Source of the DNA: an uncultured Verrucomicrobiae bacterium
Lineage (GTDB): Bacteria; Verrucomicrobiota; Verrucomicrobiia; Chthoniobacterales; Terrimicrobiaceae
Assembly: GCA_963706955.1 (NCBI GenBank)
Contig: CAVPOC010000008.1
Span: 192,001 to 256,000, forward strand
Direction: 5' to 3'
Length of the DNA: 64,000 bases
This document shows, in pieces, positions 18,881-28,810 of this stretch. The position numbers and the translations under genes were made by a program. Within the stretch, counting starts at the first letter, position 1; each line of letters starts with the position of its first letter. A model generated the notes under the pieces. That model had not been told where the DNA came from, ran no database searches, and saw only the letters and a list, made by a program, of their open reading frames with translations.

Positions 18881-20205
18881 CTGCGGTTCGCATCCTTTAT
18901 AATCTCGCCTTTCCGTTCGTGCTGATCGCTCTGCTGCCGAGCTTTCTCTTTCGCATGCTGAAGCGAGGAAAATACCGGCACAAATTTGGACAGCGGTTCG
19001 CAATTTATTCATCGCGCGTTCGCCGGAAGCTGTCGCGTGGAGGCTGGACTTGGGTGCATGCAGTCAGCGTCGGAGAAGTTTTGATTGCCTTGAAGCTTAT
19101 TCGGGAAATGAGGACCCGTGATCCCCAAGTTCCGGTGGTGCTCTCGACAACCACATCGACCGGATACGCATTGGCGAGCAAGGAAACCGGGGACTATCTG
19201 GAAGTCATCTACAATCCGCTTGATTTTTTTTGGACGGCTCGGCGCGCGGTCCGTCTGATTCGGCCGCGCAAACTAATTCTCGTGGAGGCCGAGGTCTGGC
19301 CAAACCTGACGGCCGAGGCCAGAGCGCGGGGGGCCATCCTGGCTCTCGTCAATGCGCGGCTCTCCGTTCGTTCAGAATCCAGATACCGAGCCATTCGGCC
19401 GCTGGCGAAGCCGATCTTCAACCAGCTCGATCTTCTTTGCGTCCAAGAACCGGCCGAGGCGCGACGTTGGCGACGTTTGGGTGTAGAAACTCGAAAAATC
19501 CTCTGCACCGGCAGCATCAAGTTTGATGACCAGACGGAGGACCGGCGGGCCTCGCAAGATTTTCGAAACATTCTCGCGAACTTGGGTGTGGAAGAATCTG
19601 CTCCGGTTCTCCTCGCGGGAAGCACGCATGCAAGGGAGGAGTCCGTGCTCGGCGAAATCGTGATGCGACTGAGGCGTGAATTCCCGAATCTTTTCTATGT
19701 GGTTGTTCCGAGGCACGCCGAACGTTGGAAAGAAGTTCGAGAAGAACTCGAGAAGATCGGGCTGAGAGTAGCGCTGCGTGCCCACGATAACTCCAGCGCG
19801 GGCAACCCTGACACCTTGCTGGTCAATACCACCGGTGAATTGCGCGACTGGTACGATCAAGCTACCCTTGTTTTCATTGGCAAGAGTTTGACTGCCCACG
19901 GGGGACAGAATCCGGCCGAAGCCGTCGCCGCCGGCAAGCCAGTGATCTTCGGTCCAAACATGGAAAACTTCGCTTCGCTGGCTGCACAATTGGTTCGCGA
20001 GGGTGGCGCCTTGCAGGTGGCCGACGCAACGGAACTCGAAGAGGAGTTAGCCAGACTTCTTCCGGACAGTCAGACACGCCGCCAGCTTGCGGCAAACGCC
20101 GCCCGGTGTCTGCAGGGGCACTCTGGAGCGACGGCTCGAACCTGCGACGCCCTGGAAAGGCTTGAAGCGTCACGGTCGCGACCGCAGCTCAATTCGGTAG
20201 CATAA
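18877..20205 (+). CDS. waaA: 3-deoxy-D-manno-octulosonic acid (Kdo) transferase
   Basis: WVHAVSVGE, EAEVWPN, NARLS, GSIKFD, AGSTH, VPRH.ER, GGQNP.E. Confidence 0.93.
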   Translation: MTAVRILYNLAFPFVLIALLPSFLFRMLKRGKYRHKFGQRFAIYSSRVRRKLSRGGWTWVHAVSVGEVLIALKLIREMRTRDPQVPVVLSTTTSTGYALASKETGDYLEVIYNPLDFFWTARRAVRLIRPRKLILVEAEVWPNLTAEARARGAILALVNARLSVRSESRYRAIRPLAKPIFNQLDLLCVQEPAEARRWRRLGVETRKILCTGSIKFDDQTEDRRASQDFRNILANLGVEESAPVLLAGSTHAREESVLGEIVMRLRREFPNLFYVVVPRHAERWKEVREELEKIGLRVALRAHDNSSAGNPDTLLVNTTGELRDWYDQATLVFIGKSLTAHGGQNPAEAVAAGKPVIFGPNMENFASLAAQLVREGGALQVADATELEEELARLLPDSQTRRQLAANAARCLQGHSGATARTCDALERLEASRSRPQLNSVA

Positions 20206-20284
20206 GCATCGGATCACCGAGTGTAGTCCGATGCCGCAGGCTCTACGCGCCAGCGTTGCGCGGATCTCATCCGCGAGCGGCATT

Positions 20285-20343
20285 CTGTAGCGCCGATGTC
20301 CCCATCGGCGAGGGCATCGGCGGTGGGGACACCGCCGCGACAG
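20285..20343. repeat. REPIN-like inverted doublet of GTAG-type REPs
   Basis: CTGTAG-CGCCGATG-TCCC-CATCGGCG, 7-nt spacer, then CGGCGGTG-GGGA-CACCGCCG-CGACAG. Between convergent waaA and gatB. Confidence 0.8.
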
Positions 20344-20351
20344 GCTCGCGC

Positions 20352-21809
20352 CTAAGAACTAAGCTTCTTCTGGAGGATCTCGCCGGCGACCTGAGGGTTG
20401 GCTTTCCCCTTCGATAGTTTCATCACCTGGCCCTTGAGAAAGTTAAGGGCCGCGACCTTCCCAGCCTTGAAATCCGCCGCAGGTCCGGGGTGGGCTTTGA
20501 TGACTTCATCGGCCAACGCCTCGATGGCTGAGGTGTCGCTCATCTGCTCAAGACCCTTTTCCTTCACAATTTCAGTCGCTCTCCGACCACTCGCGAACAT
20601 TTCCGCAAAAACTTCCTTGCCTTGCTTCGAGTTGATTTTTCCCTCGTCAATCAAGTTTACCAGTTCATCGAATGCCACCGGGGTGACCGGACATTCGAGA
20701 ATGGTCTTGCCTGCTGCGACGAGGGCACTTTGGAGATCGTTAAGAATCCAGTTGGCGATGCTCTTCGGCTTTCTCGCGCCAGCGGCGGCACTCTCGAAGT
20801 AGCTCGCGGTCGCGAGATTGCTCGCCAGAACAGCGGCGTCGTATTCGGTGACACCAAAGTCCGAAACATAGCGCGCCCGTTTCTCCCAAGGAAGTTCAGG
20901 CTTCTGACGCCGGGCTGCCTCGAGAATTGTGGCCGTCTTCACGGGCAGTAGATCCGGATCAGGAAAATAGCGATAGTCGTGGGCGCTCTCCTTCACGCGC
21001 ATCAATTGGGTCTCGCCGCGCACATCGTCCCACCGGCGGGTCTCTTGCTCGAGCGTGCCTCCTGCGTCGAGAACGTCGATCTGACGGTCGATCTCGAAAG
21101 CTAAGGCGCGCCGCACACCGGAAATGGAGTTCAAATTCTTCAGTTCGATTTTGGTCCCCCACTTTTCGATTTCCGACGGACGAACCGAGACATTGACGTC
21201 ACAGCGAAGCTGTCCCTTTTCCATGTCGGCATCGCTGATCCCGCCGTAGACGACCAATTGCTGGAGGACGCTGAGATACGCAAAAGCTTCGTCAGGACCG
21301 GCGATGTCAGGCTCGCTGACGATTTCGAGGAGCGGTGTTCCGGCGCGATTGAAATCGATGCCGGTCGAGTTTTCCATGTGGAAGCTCTTGGCGACGTCTT
21401 CCTCGAGATGGATTCGCACGAGGCGGATCTGCTTGTCCTTCGTGGCGATCGATTTTTGGGCATCCTTGGGATAAGCGAGGTCGTGCAGCGGAACAACCCC
21501 GCCCAAGCAAAACGGCAGATCGTATTGGCTGATCTGGTAGTTCTTGGGCATATCCGGATAGAAGTAATTTTTGCGGTCGAATTTACACACTTCGGGGATA
21601 TCGCAACCGAGCATCAGCCCGGCCAACGCGGTCAGACGCAGGGCCTCTTCGTTCATAACCGGGAGAGCGCCCGGAAGACCGAGACAGACAGGACAGACGT
21701 TAATATTCGGCTCGGCGCCATGTTCCACTGCACAGCCGCAGAACATTTTTGTCCGCGTCTTCAGCTGCACGTGAACTTCCAGACCGATCGTGGCGATGTA
21801 TTTCGACAT
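20352..21809 (-). CDS. gatB: Asp/Glu-tRNA amidotransferase subunit B
   Basis: IGLEVHVQL, CPVCLGLPGALP, FDRKNYFYPD, NRAGTPLLEIVSEP, YRYFPDPDL. Confidence 0.97.
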   Translation of the reverse strand: MSKYIATIGLEVHVQLKTRTKMFCGCAVEHGAEPNINVCPVCLGLPGALPVMNEEALRLTALAGLMLGCDIPEVCKFDRKNYFYPDMPKNYQISQYDLPFCLGGVVPLHDLAYPKDAQKSIATKDKQIRLVRIHLEEDVAKSFHMENSTGIDFNRAGTPLLEIVSEPDIAGPDEAFAYLSVLQQLVVYGGISDADMEKGQLRCDVNVSVRPSEIEKWGTKIELKNLNSISGVRRALAFEIDRQIDVLDAGGTLEQETRRWDDVRGETQLMRVKESAHDYRYFPDPDLLPVKTATILEAARRQKPELPWEKRARYVSDFGVTEYDAAVLASNLATASYFESAAAGARKPKSIANWILNDLQSALVAAGKTILECPVTPVAFDELVNLIDEGKINSKQGKEVFAEMFASGRRATEIVKEKGLEQMSDTSAIEALADEVIKAHPGPAADFKAGKVAALNFLKGQVMKLSKGKANPQVAGEILQKKLSS

Positions 21810-21813
21810 GGGT

Positions 21814-22701
21814 TTACCGCGGTTTCTTTGGCGACCGGGATGGCGAGGGTGACGGAGAAGGTTGTGGAGATTCCAGCGCGAATTTCAATGCGGCGGAGAG
21901 ATCGACTTTTTTGAGTTGCTCAGCAACGACGGGATCTTTCAAGGCAGCGGCAACGGCTTGATTGTTGAAAAGCTCTAAAACGTTCTTCTCTTGCCAGGCT
22001 CGGATCAAATCCGGATCATTAACGAGGTTGGCGACGCGGGGATTCTGCAAGACCTCCTGAATGCTAGGATATTCGAGAAACCGCCGCATTTTTTCCTGAT
22101 CACTGATCAAGGCTCCGATCTGCGCGGCGAGCCGGTGAAACTGCGGAGGCAAGGGGTCGGCCGATGCGAGAAGCGGCCCCACCGGGCCGAGTTCGAGCGA
22201 TTTCTTAAGCTGGACCAAGCCAGCCGTCAGTCTGGCTTGGAAATCAGGGGCTTCGGCCAGTTTCCTGTCTTCCACTCGAGATTCAAGCAAGGCACCGAGG
22301 CTACGCACGATGGAAATGCTCCCCAGAAGAAGTGCCAACCCGAACAAAAAGCCGAAAAGCGCACCCCCCACCCGCCAAATGAAACTAAGCGGTCCAAAGG
22401 CATAATGCTCAGTCTGTTTGAAGGTCAATGCTCCGACCAACCAGATCGCGAAGAACAAAAACAGCCCCAGGCCACCTCCCACGACCACACCCACGACAAA
22501 TCCCGGAAGATAGCGAAGGCCCCCGAAGGGCGCTGCGGCAAGTTCCGCCGCCAGAGAGCCCAGCACGAAGCACAGGAGAATTGCGGCCAGGTTTACTCCG
22601 CTGCGGAAGAGTCCGGCGCGCCATCCGCGCCAGGTCTGCCAGACGAGAAAAACCAGGCCGACACAGAGGAAGACCGTTTGCCAGAAGGGTGATCCGCCCA
22701 T
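21814..22701 (-). CDS. CvpA-like membrane protein with soluble C-terminal domain
   Basis: GWRAGLFR near the N-terminus, four hydrophobic helices, R.GGALFGFL.G. Confidence 0.55.
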   Translation of the reverse strand: MGGSPFWQTVFLCVGLVFLVWQTWRGWRAGLFRSGVNLAAILLCFVLGSLAAELAAAPFGGLRYLPGFVVGVVVGGGLGLFLFFAIWLVGALTFKQTEHYAFGPLSFIWRVGGALFGFLFGLALLLGSISIVRSLGALLESRVEDRKLAEAPDFQARLTAGLVQLKKSLELGPVGPLLASADPLPPQFHRLAAQIGALISDQEKMRRFLEYPSIQEVLQNPRVANLVNDPDLIRAWQEKNVLELFNNQAVAAALKDPVVAEQLKKVDLSAALKFALESPQPSPSPSPSRSPKKPR

Positions 22702-22704
22702 GAG

Positions 22705-23796
22705 TTACCGGGGCAGGCAGTCCTGTGCGCGCTGGCGCAAGGCGTGATCACAGAGCACCAGAGCCGCCATGGCCTCAACCATGGGCACCGCACGCGGGAG
22801 GACGCACGGGTCGTGGCGCCCTCTGGCGGCGAGCTCGGCGTTTTCTCCGGACACAGTGACGGTTTGCTGAGGTTTGGCGATAGTAGCGGTCGGCTTGAAG
22901 GCGATGCGAAAGACCAGCGGCTCTCCATTGCTGATACCCCCCTGGATTCCGCCTGAAAAATTCGTCAACGTTCGCACTTGCGTTCCCTTCATGCGAAAAG
23001 CGTCGTTGTGCTCGGAGCCTTTCCATCGGGATCCCGCAAATCCCGAGCCTATTTCAAAGCCCTTGGTTGCGGGAAGGCTAAGCATCGCCTTGGCCAGGTC
23101 CGCTTCCAGCTTATCAAAAACCGGCTCGCCCAAGCCGGGTGGCGCCCGCCGAATCACACCCTCGAGCACGCCACCGACAGAGTCTCCCTCGCTCCGAACC
23201 TGTTTGATCCGCTCGATCATCTTGGTCGCCGCGACGGTATCCGGACAGCGGACGACATTGGCTTCGACTTCGCGGGAGGTCACGGTTTCCGGATTCACCT
23301 CGGCTTCGATATCGTGAATCGACGTCACATAGGCTAAAATCTCGATCCCCGGGAAGAGATTGTTGAGGAGCTTTTTGGCCACGGCGCCGGCGGCGACCCG
23401 ACCGATCGTTTCACGCGCCGATGCGCGCCCGCCTCCCTGCCAGTTTCGTATGCCATATTTCGCCTGATAGGTGAAATCGGCATGCGATGGTCGATACATG
23501 GTTTCCATTTCCTTATAGGCCTCGGGGCGGGCATCGGTATTTTGAACCATGATCGAGATTGGAGTGCCCAGGGTTAATCCCTGAAAGACGCCCGAAAGAA
23601 TTCGACACACATCTTCTTCCTTTCGGGGCGTGACAATATCGCTTTGTCCCGGCCGCCGGCGGTCGAGATCGGGCTGGATGTCCTGCTCCGAAAGCGCCAG
23701 GCGCGGAGGACACCCATCGATCACCACTCCCACCCCGCCTCCGTGAGACTCACCCCAGGTGGCGATGCGAAACACCTCTCCAAAGAAACTAGCCAT
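22705..23796 (-). CDS. aroC: Chorismate synthase
   Basis: [44 protein letters not shown]. Confidence 0.97.
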   Translation of the reverse strand: MASFFGEVFRIATWGESHGGGVGVVIDGCPPRLALSEQDIQPDLDRRRPGQSDIVTPRKEEDVCRILSGVFQGLTLGTPISIMVQNTDARPEAYKEMETMYRPSHADFTYQAKYGIRNWQGGGRASARETIGRVAAGAVAKKLLNNLFPGIEILAYVTSIHDIEAEVNPETVTSREVEANVVRCPDTVAATKMIERIKQVRSEGDSVGGVLEGVIRRAPPGLGEPVFDKLEADLAKAMLSLPATKGFEIGSGFAGSRWKGSEHNDAFRMKGTQVRTLTNFSGGIQGGISNGEPLVFRIAFKPTATIAKPQQTVTVSGENAELAARGRHDPCVLPRAVPMVEAMAALVLCDHALRQRAQDCLPR

Positions 23797-23961
23797 GTCG
23801 CAAGACCAATACGAGTTCGCCACAGGAGGTGACAGGAGAAAAATTATCTGTCATCAGCGCATGCGGCGTCCAGAATTATTAAATTCACTACCATGACTCG
23901 CCTCCTTTACCGGGAGGTGCTCATTATTTCCGAAGCTGTCAAATAATCTCGTTGGGAGCAT

Positions 23962-24277
23962 TGAATCGCGCCTTCGGCGCTGCCTAATTGTATGGATTGG
24001 CGTTTCCTGGGGCGTTGCCCCAGGCTGACATTGAGTAGCGCCTGTGGCGCTAGACTGAAAGAGGGCATACAACCGTAGGCGGCGTTAGTCGTCGTCGCAA
24101 GACCTGCCCTTGATCGGCCAACGACCTGCCGATTGAGCGCCAATCGCGCGGCGTCATACCAGCCTCGGGCGGCGCCCGAAAATCCCGTGCACGGACAATC
24201 GCAGAGCGCTGGAAGCGCGACGCAGCAATTTCCTTCAGCCCAAGCTGAAGCTGAGTGGCGCCTGTGGCGCTAGGCTC
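23962..24277. repeat. Cluster of degenerate ~90-bp multi-hairpin palindromic repeats (REP-like, second family)
   Basis: Copy A at 23962-24052 (TGAATCGCGCCTTCGGCGCT...CCTGGGGCGTTGCCCCAGGCTG...GCGCCTGTGGCGCT), inverted copy B at ~24135-24224, partial copy C at ~24229-24277. Confidence 0.65.
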
Positions 24278-24414
24278 CCATATAGGGGTCCAAATCGTCG
24301 CTAAGTGCGTGCTGAGTACAGGGTGCAAAATTCGAGACCTGTGGAGGCGCTTGTGCCAAGCGCCCATCGATTTGCCGCGCGTTTGAAACAAGCGCCCCTG
24401 ATAAACAAACTCCC

Positions 24415-24487
24415 TGTCCCCAGGTGGAGTCGAACCACCATCTGAGCTTTAGGAGAGCCCTGCTCTATCCGCTTGAGCTATGAGGAC
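24415..24487 (-). tRNA. tRNA-Arg (anticodon CCT)
   Basis: GTCCTCA/TGGGGAC acceptor stem, GCTC/GAGC D-stem, GGGCT-CTCCTAA-AGCTC anticodon arm, GGTGG-TTCGACT-CCACC T-arm. CCA is not encoded. Confidence 0.93.
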
Positions 24488-24510
24488 GTGGGCTGGCCGA
24501 GCGACAAAGC

Positions 24511-24897
24511 TTAGTCGAGCACGGCCACGCATTCAATCTCGACATCAAACCCCAAGAGCTGCGCGCCGATGGTCGCCCGCGCGGGCTTCGACTCGCCAAA
24601 GTAACGCACGTAAACTTCGTTCATTTCCTTGAAAGTCTCGCGTGTCAGACTCGACAAGTAGACTCTGCAACTGACGACATCGTCAAGCGATGCACCTCCC
24701 GCGGCGAGAACGTTTTTCATATTCTCCAAAACCAATTGCGTCTGTTGCGAGATGCTGCCGGATTCAATCTTGCCGGTCGCAGGGTCATAGGGCGTCATTC
24801 CGGAAACGAAGAGGAATTTCCCGCTGGCAGCGACCGCCAGCGAATACGGCCCCAGAGCGGGTGGAGACCCAGGAAAGGCAGCGAGAGGACTCTTCAC
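24511..24897 (-). CDS. RidA/YjgF/UK114 family protein
   Basis: GPYSLAV, FVSG, MNEVY..YF...KPARATI, VEIECVA. GTG start overlaps the upstream stop (GTGA). Confidence 0.9.
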   Translation of the reverse strand: MKSPLAAFPGSPPALGPYSLAVAASGKFLFVSGMTPYDPATGKIESGSISQQTQLVLENMKNVLAAGGASLDDVVSCRVYLSSLTRETFKEMNEVYVRYFGESKPARATIGAQLLGFDVEIECVAVLD

Positions 24898-25601
24898 GAC
24901 CTCCTTGTATCTACGCCTTTCAAAAGCGCAACTTCCCGCTTCCCGAGAGCTCGCCACTCTCCCGGTTGAAGCGTCCCTATCTTTAAATCGCCGATGCGCG
25001 TCCGGATGAGCCGCTTCACTTCGTAACCCAGTTTGAGGAACATTAGGCGGATTTGACGCTTGATTCCCTGGCGGAGAATGACCTTGACCACGGAGGGGGC
25101 AACGATCTGAACTCGCTCGATCCTGGCACGCCCCCCTTCGATGACGAAGCCGCGCAAGAGCTTTGGAATTTGTTGGGCCTCGAACGGCCTATCGAGAAGC
25201 ACTTCATACTCTTTTTCCACTTCGTGCGCCGGGTGCGTCAGACGATGGGAAAGTGCACCGTCGTTGGTAAGGAGGATTAAACCTTCGCTTTCCTTGTCGA
25301 GCCGTCCAACGTGGAAGAGGCGGCCAAGATGTGCTGGAACGAGGTCAAAGATGGTTCGACGTCCACGTTCGTCGGACCGTGTGCAGACAACCCCTTTCGG
25401 TTTAAGCAAGAGGACGTAAACCGGCACGACCGGTCGCAGTGGAGGCTTTCCCGCGACGCGGACTTCGTCTCCGGGATTCACCACCGTGGCCAAGTCGCGA
25501 ATGAAATGACCATTGATCGAAATCTTGCCCTCTCTGATGAGGGCCTCGCAGGCGCGCCGTGATCCAAGACCGGAGGCGGCGAGAAACCGATTCAAGCGCA
25601 T
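24894..25601 (-). CDS. rRNA pseudouridine synthase (RsuA/RluB/E/F family)
   Basis: S4 domain RLNRFLAASGLGSRR, KPKG, VGRLDKESEGL, RQIRLM. Confidence 0.92.
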   Translation of the reverse strand: MRLNRFLAASGLGSRRACEALIREGKISINGHFIRDLATVVNPGDEVRVAGKPPLRPVVPVYVLLLKPKGVVCTRSDERGRRTIFDLVPAHLGRLFHVGRLDKESEGLILLTNDGALSHRLTHPAHEVEKEYEVLLDRPFEAQQIPKLLRGFVIEGGRARIERVQIVAPSVVKVILRQGIKRQIRLMFLKLGYEVKRLIRTRIGDLKIGTLQPGEWRALGKREVALLKGVDTRRS

Positions 25602-25648
25602 TGGAGCACCGCGCAGGCGAGGGAAGCAACGGTGGCGCTACCTTGAGC

Positions 25649-25804
25649 TTACTCTTCCGGCTTTGTCTTGGGCAATCCAATCACTCGCTGGCCCTCTTTG
25701 AACTGCCCGCGCTTTTTCATAACCTCCACGCGCTCGAATCGCTTCAGCACGCTGCGCTTGGCTTTGATTGCGCCCTTGCCCTTCAGGCTTGGATGTTGAC
25801 TCAT
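25649..25804 (-). CDS. PVC-superphylum small basic (signature) protein
   Basis: 51 aa, MSQHPSLK...KRSVLKRFERV..MKKRG......VIGLPKTK, the pattern of the Planctomycetes/Verrucomicrobia/Chlamydiae small basic protein. Confidence 0.85.
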   Translation of the reverse strand: MSQHPSLKGKGAIKAKRSVLKRFERVEVMKKRGQFKEGQRVIGLPKTKPEE

Positions 25805-26071
25805 GGGGCGCAAAATCTGGATCAAATCGCCGGAAAAGCAACCCAAATCGCCAGCAGCGCTACCGACATCAAATCCAGACCGCTAACACTTGAGACACGC
25901 GCCTGCCTTAGCTTACGGTCCGCCGGCAAACCGCTGAGAGACGGCCGATTTTCAAAGTCCGAGAAGAGGTGACTGGAAATGTCCTATCGCCAGAGGACCA
26001 TTCGTCGTAATTCAAAGAACGACGCGGGGCTTACTCCACCGCAGGTTCTCTCAACGGAAAGGAACAAACAA

Positions 26072-26506
26072 ATGCGAGTGATGGTGATAGTCAAAGCGAC
26101 GAAGAATTCCGAGGCGGGCGTGATGCCGAGCGAGGAACTACTGACCGCGATGGGCAAATTCAACGAGGAGCTGGTAAAGGCGGGCGTCATGCTGGCTGGA
26201 GAAGGCCTTCACCCAAGCAGCAAGGGTAAGCGCGTGCGGTTCGCGGGCGGGAAAAAGAGCGTCATCAATGGTCCGTTCGCCGCGACCAATGAGCTCGTCG
26301 CCGGATTCTGGATTTGGCAGGTAAAATCGATGGAGGAAGCGATCGAGTGGGTGCGCCGTTGTCCAGACCCGATGCCCGGAGAGGAGGCGGAGATCGAGAT
26401 TCGCCCGTTCTTCGAAGCGGAGGATTTCGGCGCAGAGTTCACTCCGGAGTTGCGCGCACAAGAAGAGCGCCTCCGCGATCAAATCGAGCGGCAACAGGCA
26501 CCGTGA
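26072..26506 (+). CDS. YciI (DGPF) family protein
   Basis: MRVMVIVKAT, GEGLHPSSKG, NGPFAATNELVAGFWIW, EIRP. Confidence 0.9.
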   Translation: MRVMVIVKATKNSEAGVMPSEELLTAMGKFNEELVKAGVMLAGEGLHPSSKGKRVRFAGGKKSVINGPFAATNELVAGFWIWQVKSMEEAIEWVRRCPDPMPGEEAEIEIRPFFEAEDFGAEFTPELRAQEERLRDQIERQQAP

Positions 26507-26530
26507 AGGCGGGGCTTCGTCGCGGGTCGT

Positions 26531-26556
26531 CGGCGGTGGGGACACCGCCGCTACAG
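26531..26556 (-). repeat. GTAG-type REP (perfect consensus copy)
   Basis: Reverse complement is CTGTAG-CGGCGGTG-TCCC-CACCGCCG. Between convergent genes. Confidence 0.8.
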
Positions 26557-26565
26557 CTACGACGA

Positions 26566-27108
26566 TTAGACGAGGCCGAGCTTCATGCGACCCTCTTCGC
26601 TGATCATCGATTGGTTCCAAGGAGGATCCCAGACCAGCTCTACCTCGGCATCATCAACTCCTTCAATTTCGAGGATCTTTTGCCGGGCATCGGCGGCGAT
26701 CGCCGGGCCCATGCCGCAGCCGGGTGCCGTCAAGGTCATCCGCACGAGCACGGAAGTTCCGCCCAACTCCGAAGAATTCACACGACAGTCGTAGATAAGG
26801 CCTAAATCGACGACGTTCACCGGGATTTCCGGGTCGAAGACAGTCTTAAGCTGCGTCCAAACCGCCTCCTCGGCAGTGCCCTCATGCTTTTTCGGTGCTT
26901 CGCTAGCCGTCAGCGAATCGAATCCGAGCGCGTCGCCATCCTTGAGCTCGATGCGCGCAAGCCCACCTGGCGTTGCCACAGTGTAAGTTCCACCGAGGGA
27001 TTGGGTGATAATCACGTTCATTCCTTCGGGAAGAACGATGGGATTTCCGCTTGGGATCTGGATCGCGTCGCAATCGCGCGTCAGCGAAATTTCGCGATGA
27101 TCATTCAT
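26566..27108 (-). CDS. sufT: Fe-S cluster assembly protein SufT (long DUF59 form)
   Basis: TQSLGGTYTV, VFDPEIPVNVVDLGLIY, MTLTAPGCGMG, LVWDPPWN. Confidence 0.9.
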   Translation of the reverse strand: MNDHREISLTRDCDAIQIPSGNPIVLPEGMNVIITQSLGGTYTVATPGGLARIELKDGDALGFDSLTASEAPKKHEGTAEEAVWTQLKTVFDPEIPVNVVDLGLIYDCRVNSSELGGTSVLVRMTLTAPGCGMGPAIAADARQKILEIEGVDDAEVELVWDPPWNQSMISEEGRMKLGLV

Positions 27109-27560
27109 GGTTGAAGCTTAATCTTGACGCTCTTTGGCGAAGCGAATTGATCGAGCAAGCTGGGGACGGTGGCAGGCGCAATCGCTTCTTCGCCTCCAAG
27201 CGCGTTTCGCAATGCGCCCTCAACGAGCTGGGCACAATGGATCTTCATCGGTGGCAGCTTGCCCAGCGGCGAAGCCAATTCCTCTCCAGACATAGCCAGG
27301 GCCTCAGCGGGGGTTTTGCCACGAATGAGCTCGGTGGCGACGCTGGCCACGGCGATGGCCGTCTGGCAGCCAAAAGCCTGGAAGGTGGCCTTATCGATGA
27401 CCTTGTGGCCATCTTCCTCTTTGAACTTCACCCACATTCGAAGCATATCGCCGCAGTTTTCACTGCCAACCGTGCCAATGGCATCAGCACCCGACATCTC
27501 TCCGACATTTTGCGGATCGTGCACCGCAGCCTGGATTTTGGCTTCAATATCGTCGCTCAT
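27105..27560 (-). CDS. IscU/NifU N-terminal-like Fe-S scaffold
   Basis: PQNVGEM, CGD, AFGC, KIHC: all three U-type cysteines are present. Confidence 0.85.
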   Translation of the reverse strand: MSDDIEAKIQAAVHDPQNVGEMSGADAIGTVGSENCGDMLRMWVKFKEEDGHKVIDKATFQAFGCQTAIAVASVATELIRGKTPAEALAMSGEELASPLGKLPPMKIHCAQLVEGALRNALGGEEAIAPATVPSLLDQFASPKSVKIKLQP

Positions 27561-28090
27561 TCCAGGGTATAGCGCGGGAGGTTGGGATTGACCTGCACAC
27601 TCCAGGCATCGATGCCGCCGCGCATGCATTTAATGTTTGTGAAGCCGTGCCCGGCAAAATACGCCGCAGCGTCAAGGGACCGTGCACCCTTATGGTCGAC
27701 GAAAACCAGGAAGCTCTCCTTGGGTTTGCTCCCTAGAATCTGCTGCATCAAGTTGTGATCGAGGAACTGGGCTCCCTCGATATGGACTGCTTCGTATTCT
27801 TCGCGGGTTCGGATATCGAGCAATTCCACCCCGTTTCCGTCGAGTGACTGCTTAACTTCGAGTGGAGAAATCATCATACTCTCGTCCTCCGCCGATGCGC
27901 GTCGGATGGTTTCCACTACTTCCTCGGGGTCAAGACCGTCATTGCGGGAGCAAACCTCCGCGAGAGTTTCGTCAGGCCGAAATCCGCAGCTGGCGCACCC
28001 ACCGATGTGATAATTGCGAAACAGCGCGCGCTGAGCTCCAGGAAACGCCTCCAGAAGCTCACCCATGGTCATATCCACCGTCGAAGTCAT
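27557..28090 (-). CDS. Rhodanese-like protein with N-terminal DUF1858-like CxxC domain
   Basis: GELLEAFPGAQRALF..HIGGCASC...ETLAEVC, then LLDIRTREEY...HIEGA...GGIDAWS. Confidence 0.75.
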   Translation of the reverse strand: MTSTVDMTMGELLEAFPGAQRALFRNYHIGGCASCGFRPDETLAEVCSRNDGLDPEEVVETIRRASAEDESMMISPLEVKQSLDGNGVELLDIRTREEYEAVHIEGAQFLDHNLMQQILGSKPKESFLVFVDHKGARSLDAAAYFAGHGFTNIKCMRGGIDAWSVQVNPNLPRYTLE

Positions 28091-28168
28091 CACTCCCAGA
28101 GTATCCGACTGTCGCTTGATTTCAACTATCGGCTCGCCCCTCCGCAGTTCTCCAATTATGATGGGACA

Positions 28169-28810
28169 ATGAAATTGCGCGCTTTGGACGAAGCCCGTTG
28201 GATCCTTGGGATCCTCGCAGTCTGCTGCGTTGCTTCCCTCGTCTTGTTGCCGCCCGCTGCAATTTTCTTTGCCGGACTTTTCCTGTTTTCGCTCTATTTC
28301 TTTCGAGACCCCGAGCGTCAACCCCCCGCTGACGAGAACCTCGCGGTAGCCCCAGCCGACGGAGTGGTCGTAGAAGTTAAAGAGACCGGCGAAGATCATT
28401 TGCTCAAAGCCAAGGTCAAGCGCATCGCCATTTTTCTCTCGGTGTTCGACGTCCACGTGAATCGCGCGCCAATCGCGGGTAGAATTACCCATTCCGAATC
28501 AGCCAATGGCCGATTCCTTGATGCGCGTAATCCTTCCAGCGCTGATGTGAACGCACGGCGCACCTGGGCAATCCAAGGAAAGGAGAAGACGGTGGTGGTG
28601 CGCCAAATCACGGGAGCCATCGCCCGGCGAATCTGCGCGTGGAAAAAGGTCGGAGATTCGGTGGAACGCGGGGAACGCTTCGGCATGATTCGCTTCGGTT
28701 CGCGCACCGAAATTGATCTGCCCATCGAAGCAGAAATCCTCGTCAAACTCCGAGAGAGAGTCCGAGGCGGAGAGACACCGATCGCACGACTTAAACCGGG
28801 CAAGGAATGA
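28169..28810 (+). CDS. psd: Phosphatidylserine decarboxylase proenzyme
   Basis: FFRDPER, SVFDVHVNRAP, QITGAIARRI, RFGS cleavage motif. Confidence 0.93.
   Translation: MKLRALDEARWILGILAVCCVASLVLLPPAAIFFAGLFLFSLYFFRDPERQPPADENLAVAPADGVVVEVKETGEDHLLKAKVKRIAIFLSVFDVHVNRAPIAGRITHSESANGRFLDARNPSSADVNARRTWAIQGKEKTVVVRQITGAIARRICAWKKVGDSVERGERFGMIRFGSRTEIDLPIEAEILVKLRERVRGGETPIARLKPGKE

Noticed and set aside
24415..24487. Genomic island integrated at tRNA-Arg
   Set aside because: No duplicated tRNA 3' end was noticed and there is no integrase nearby.
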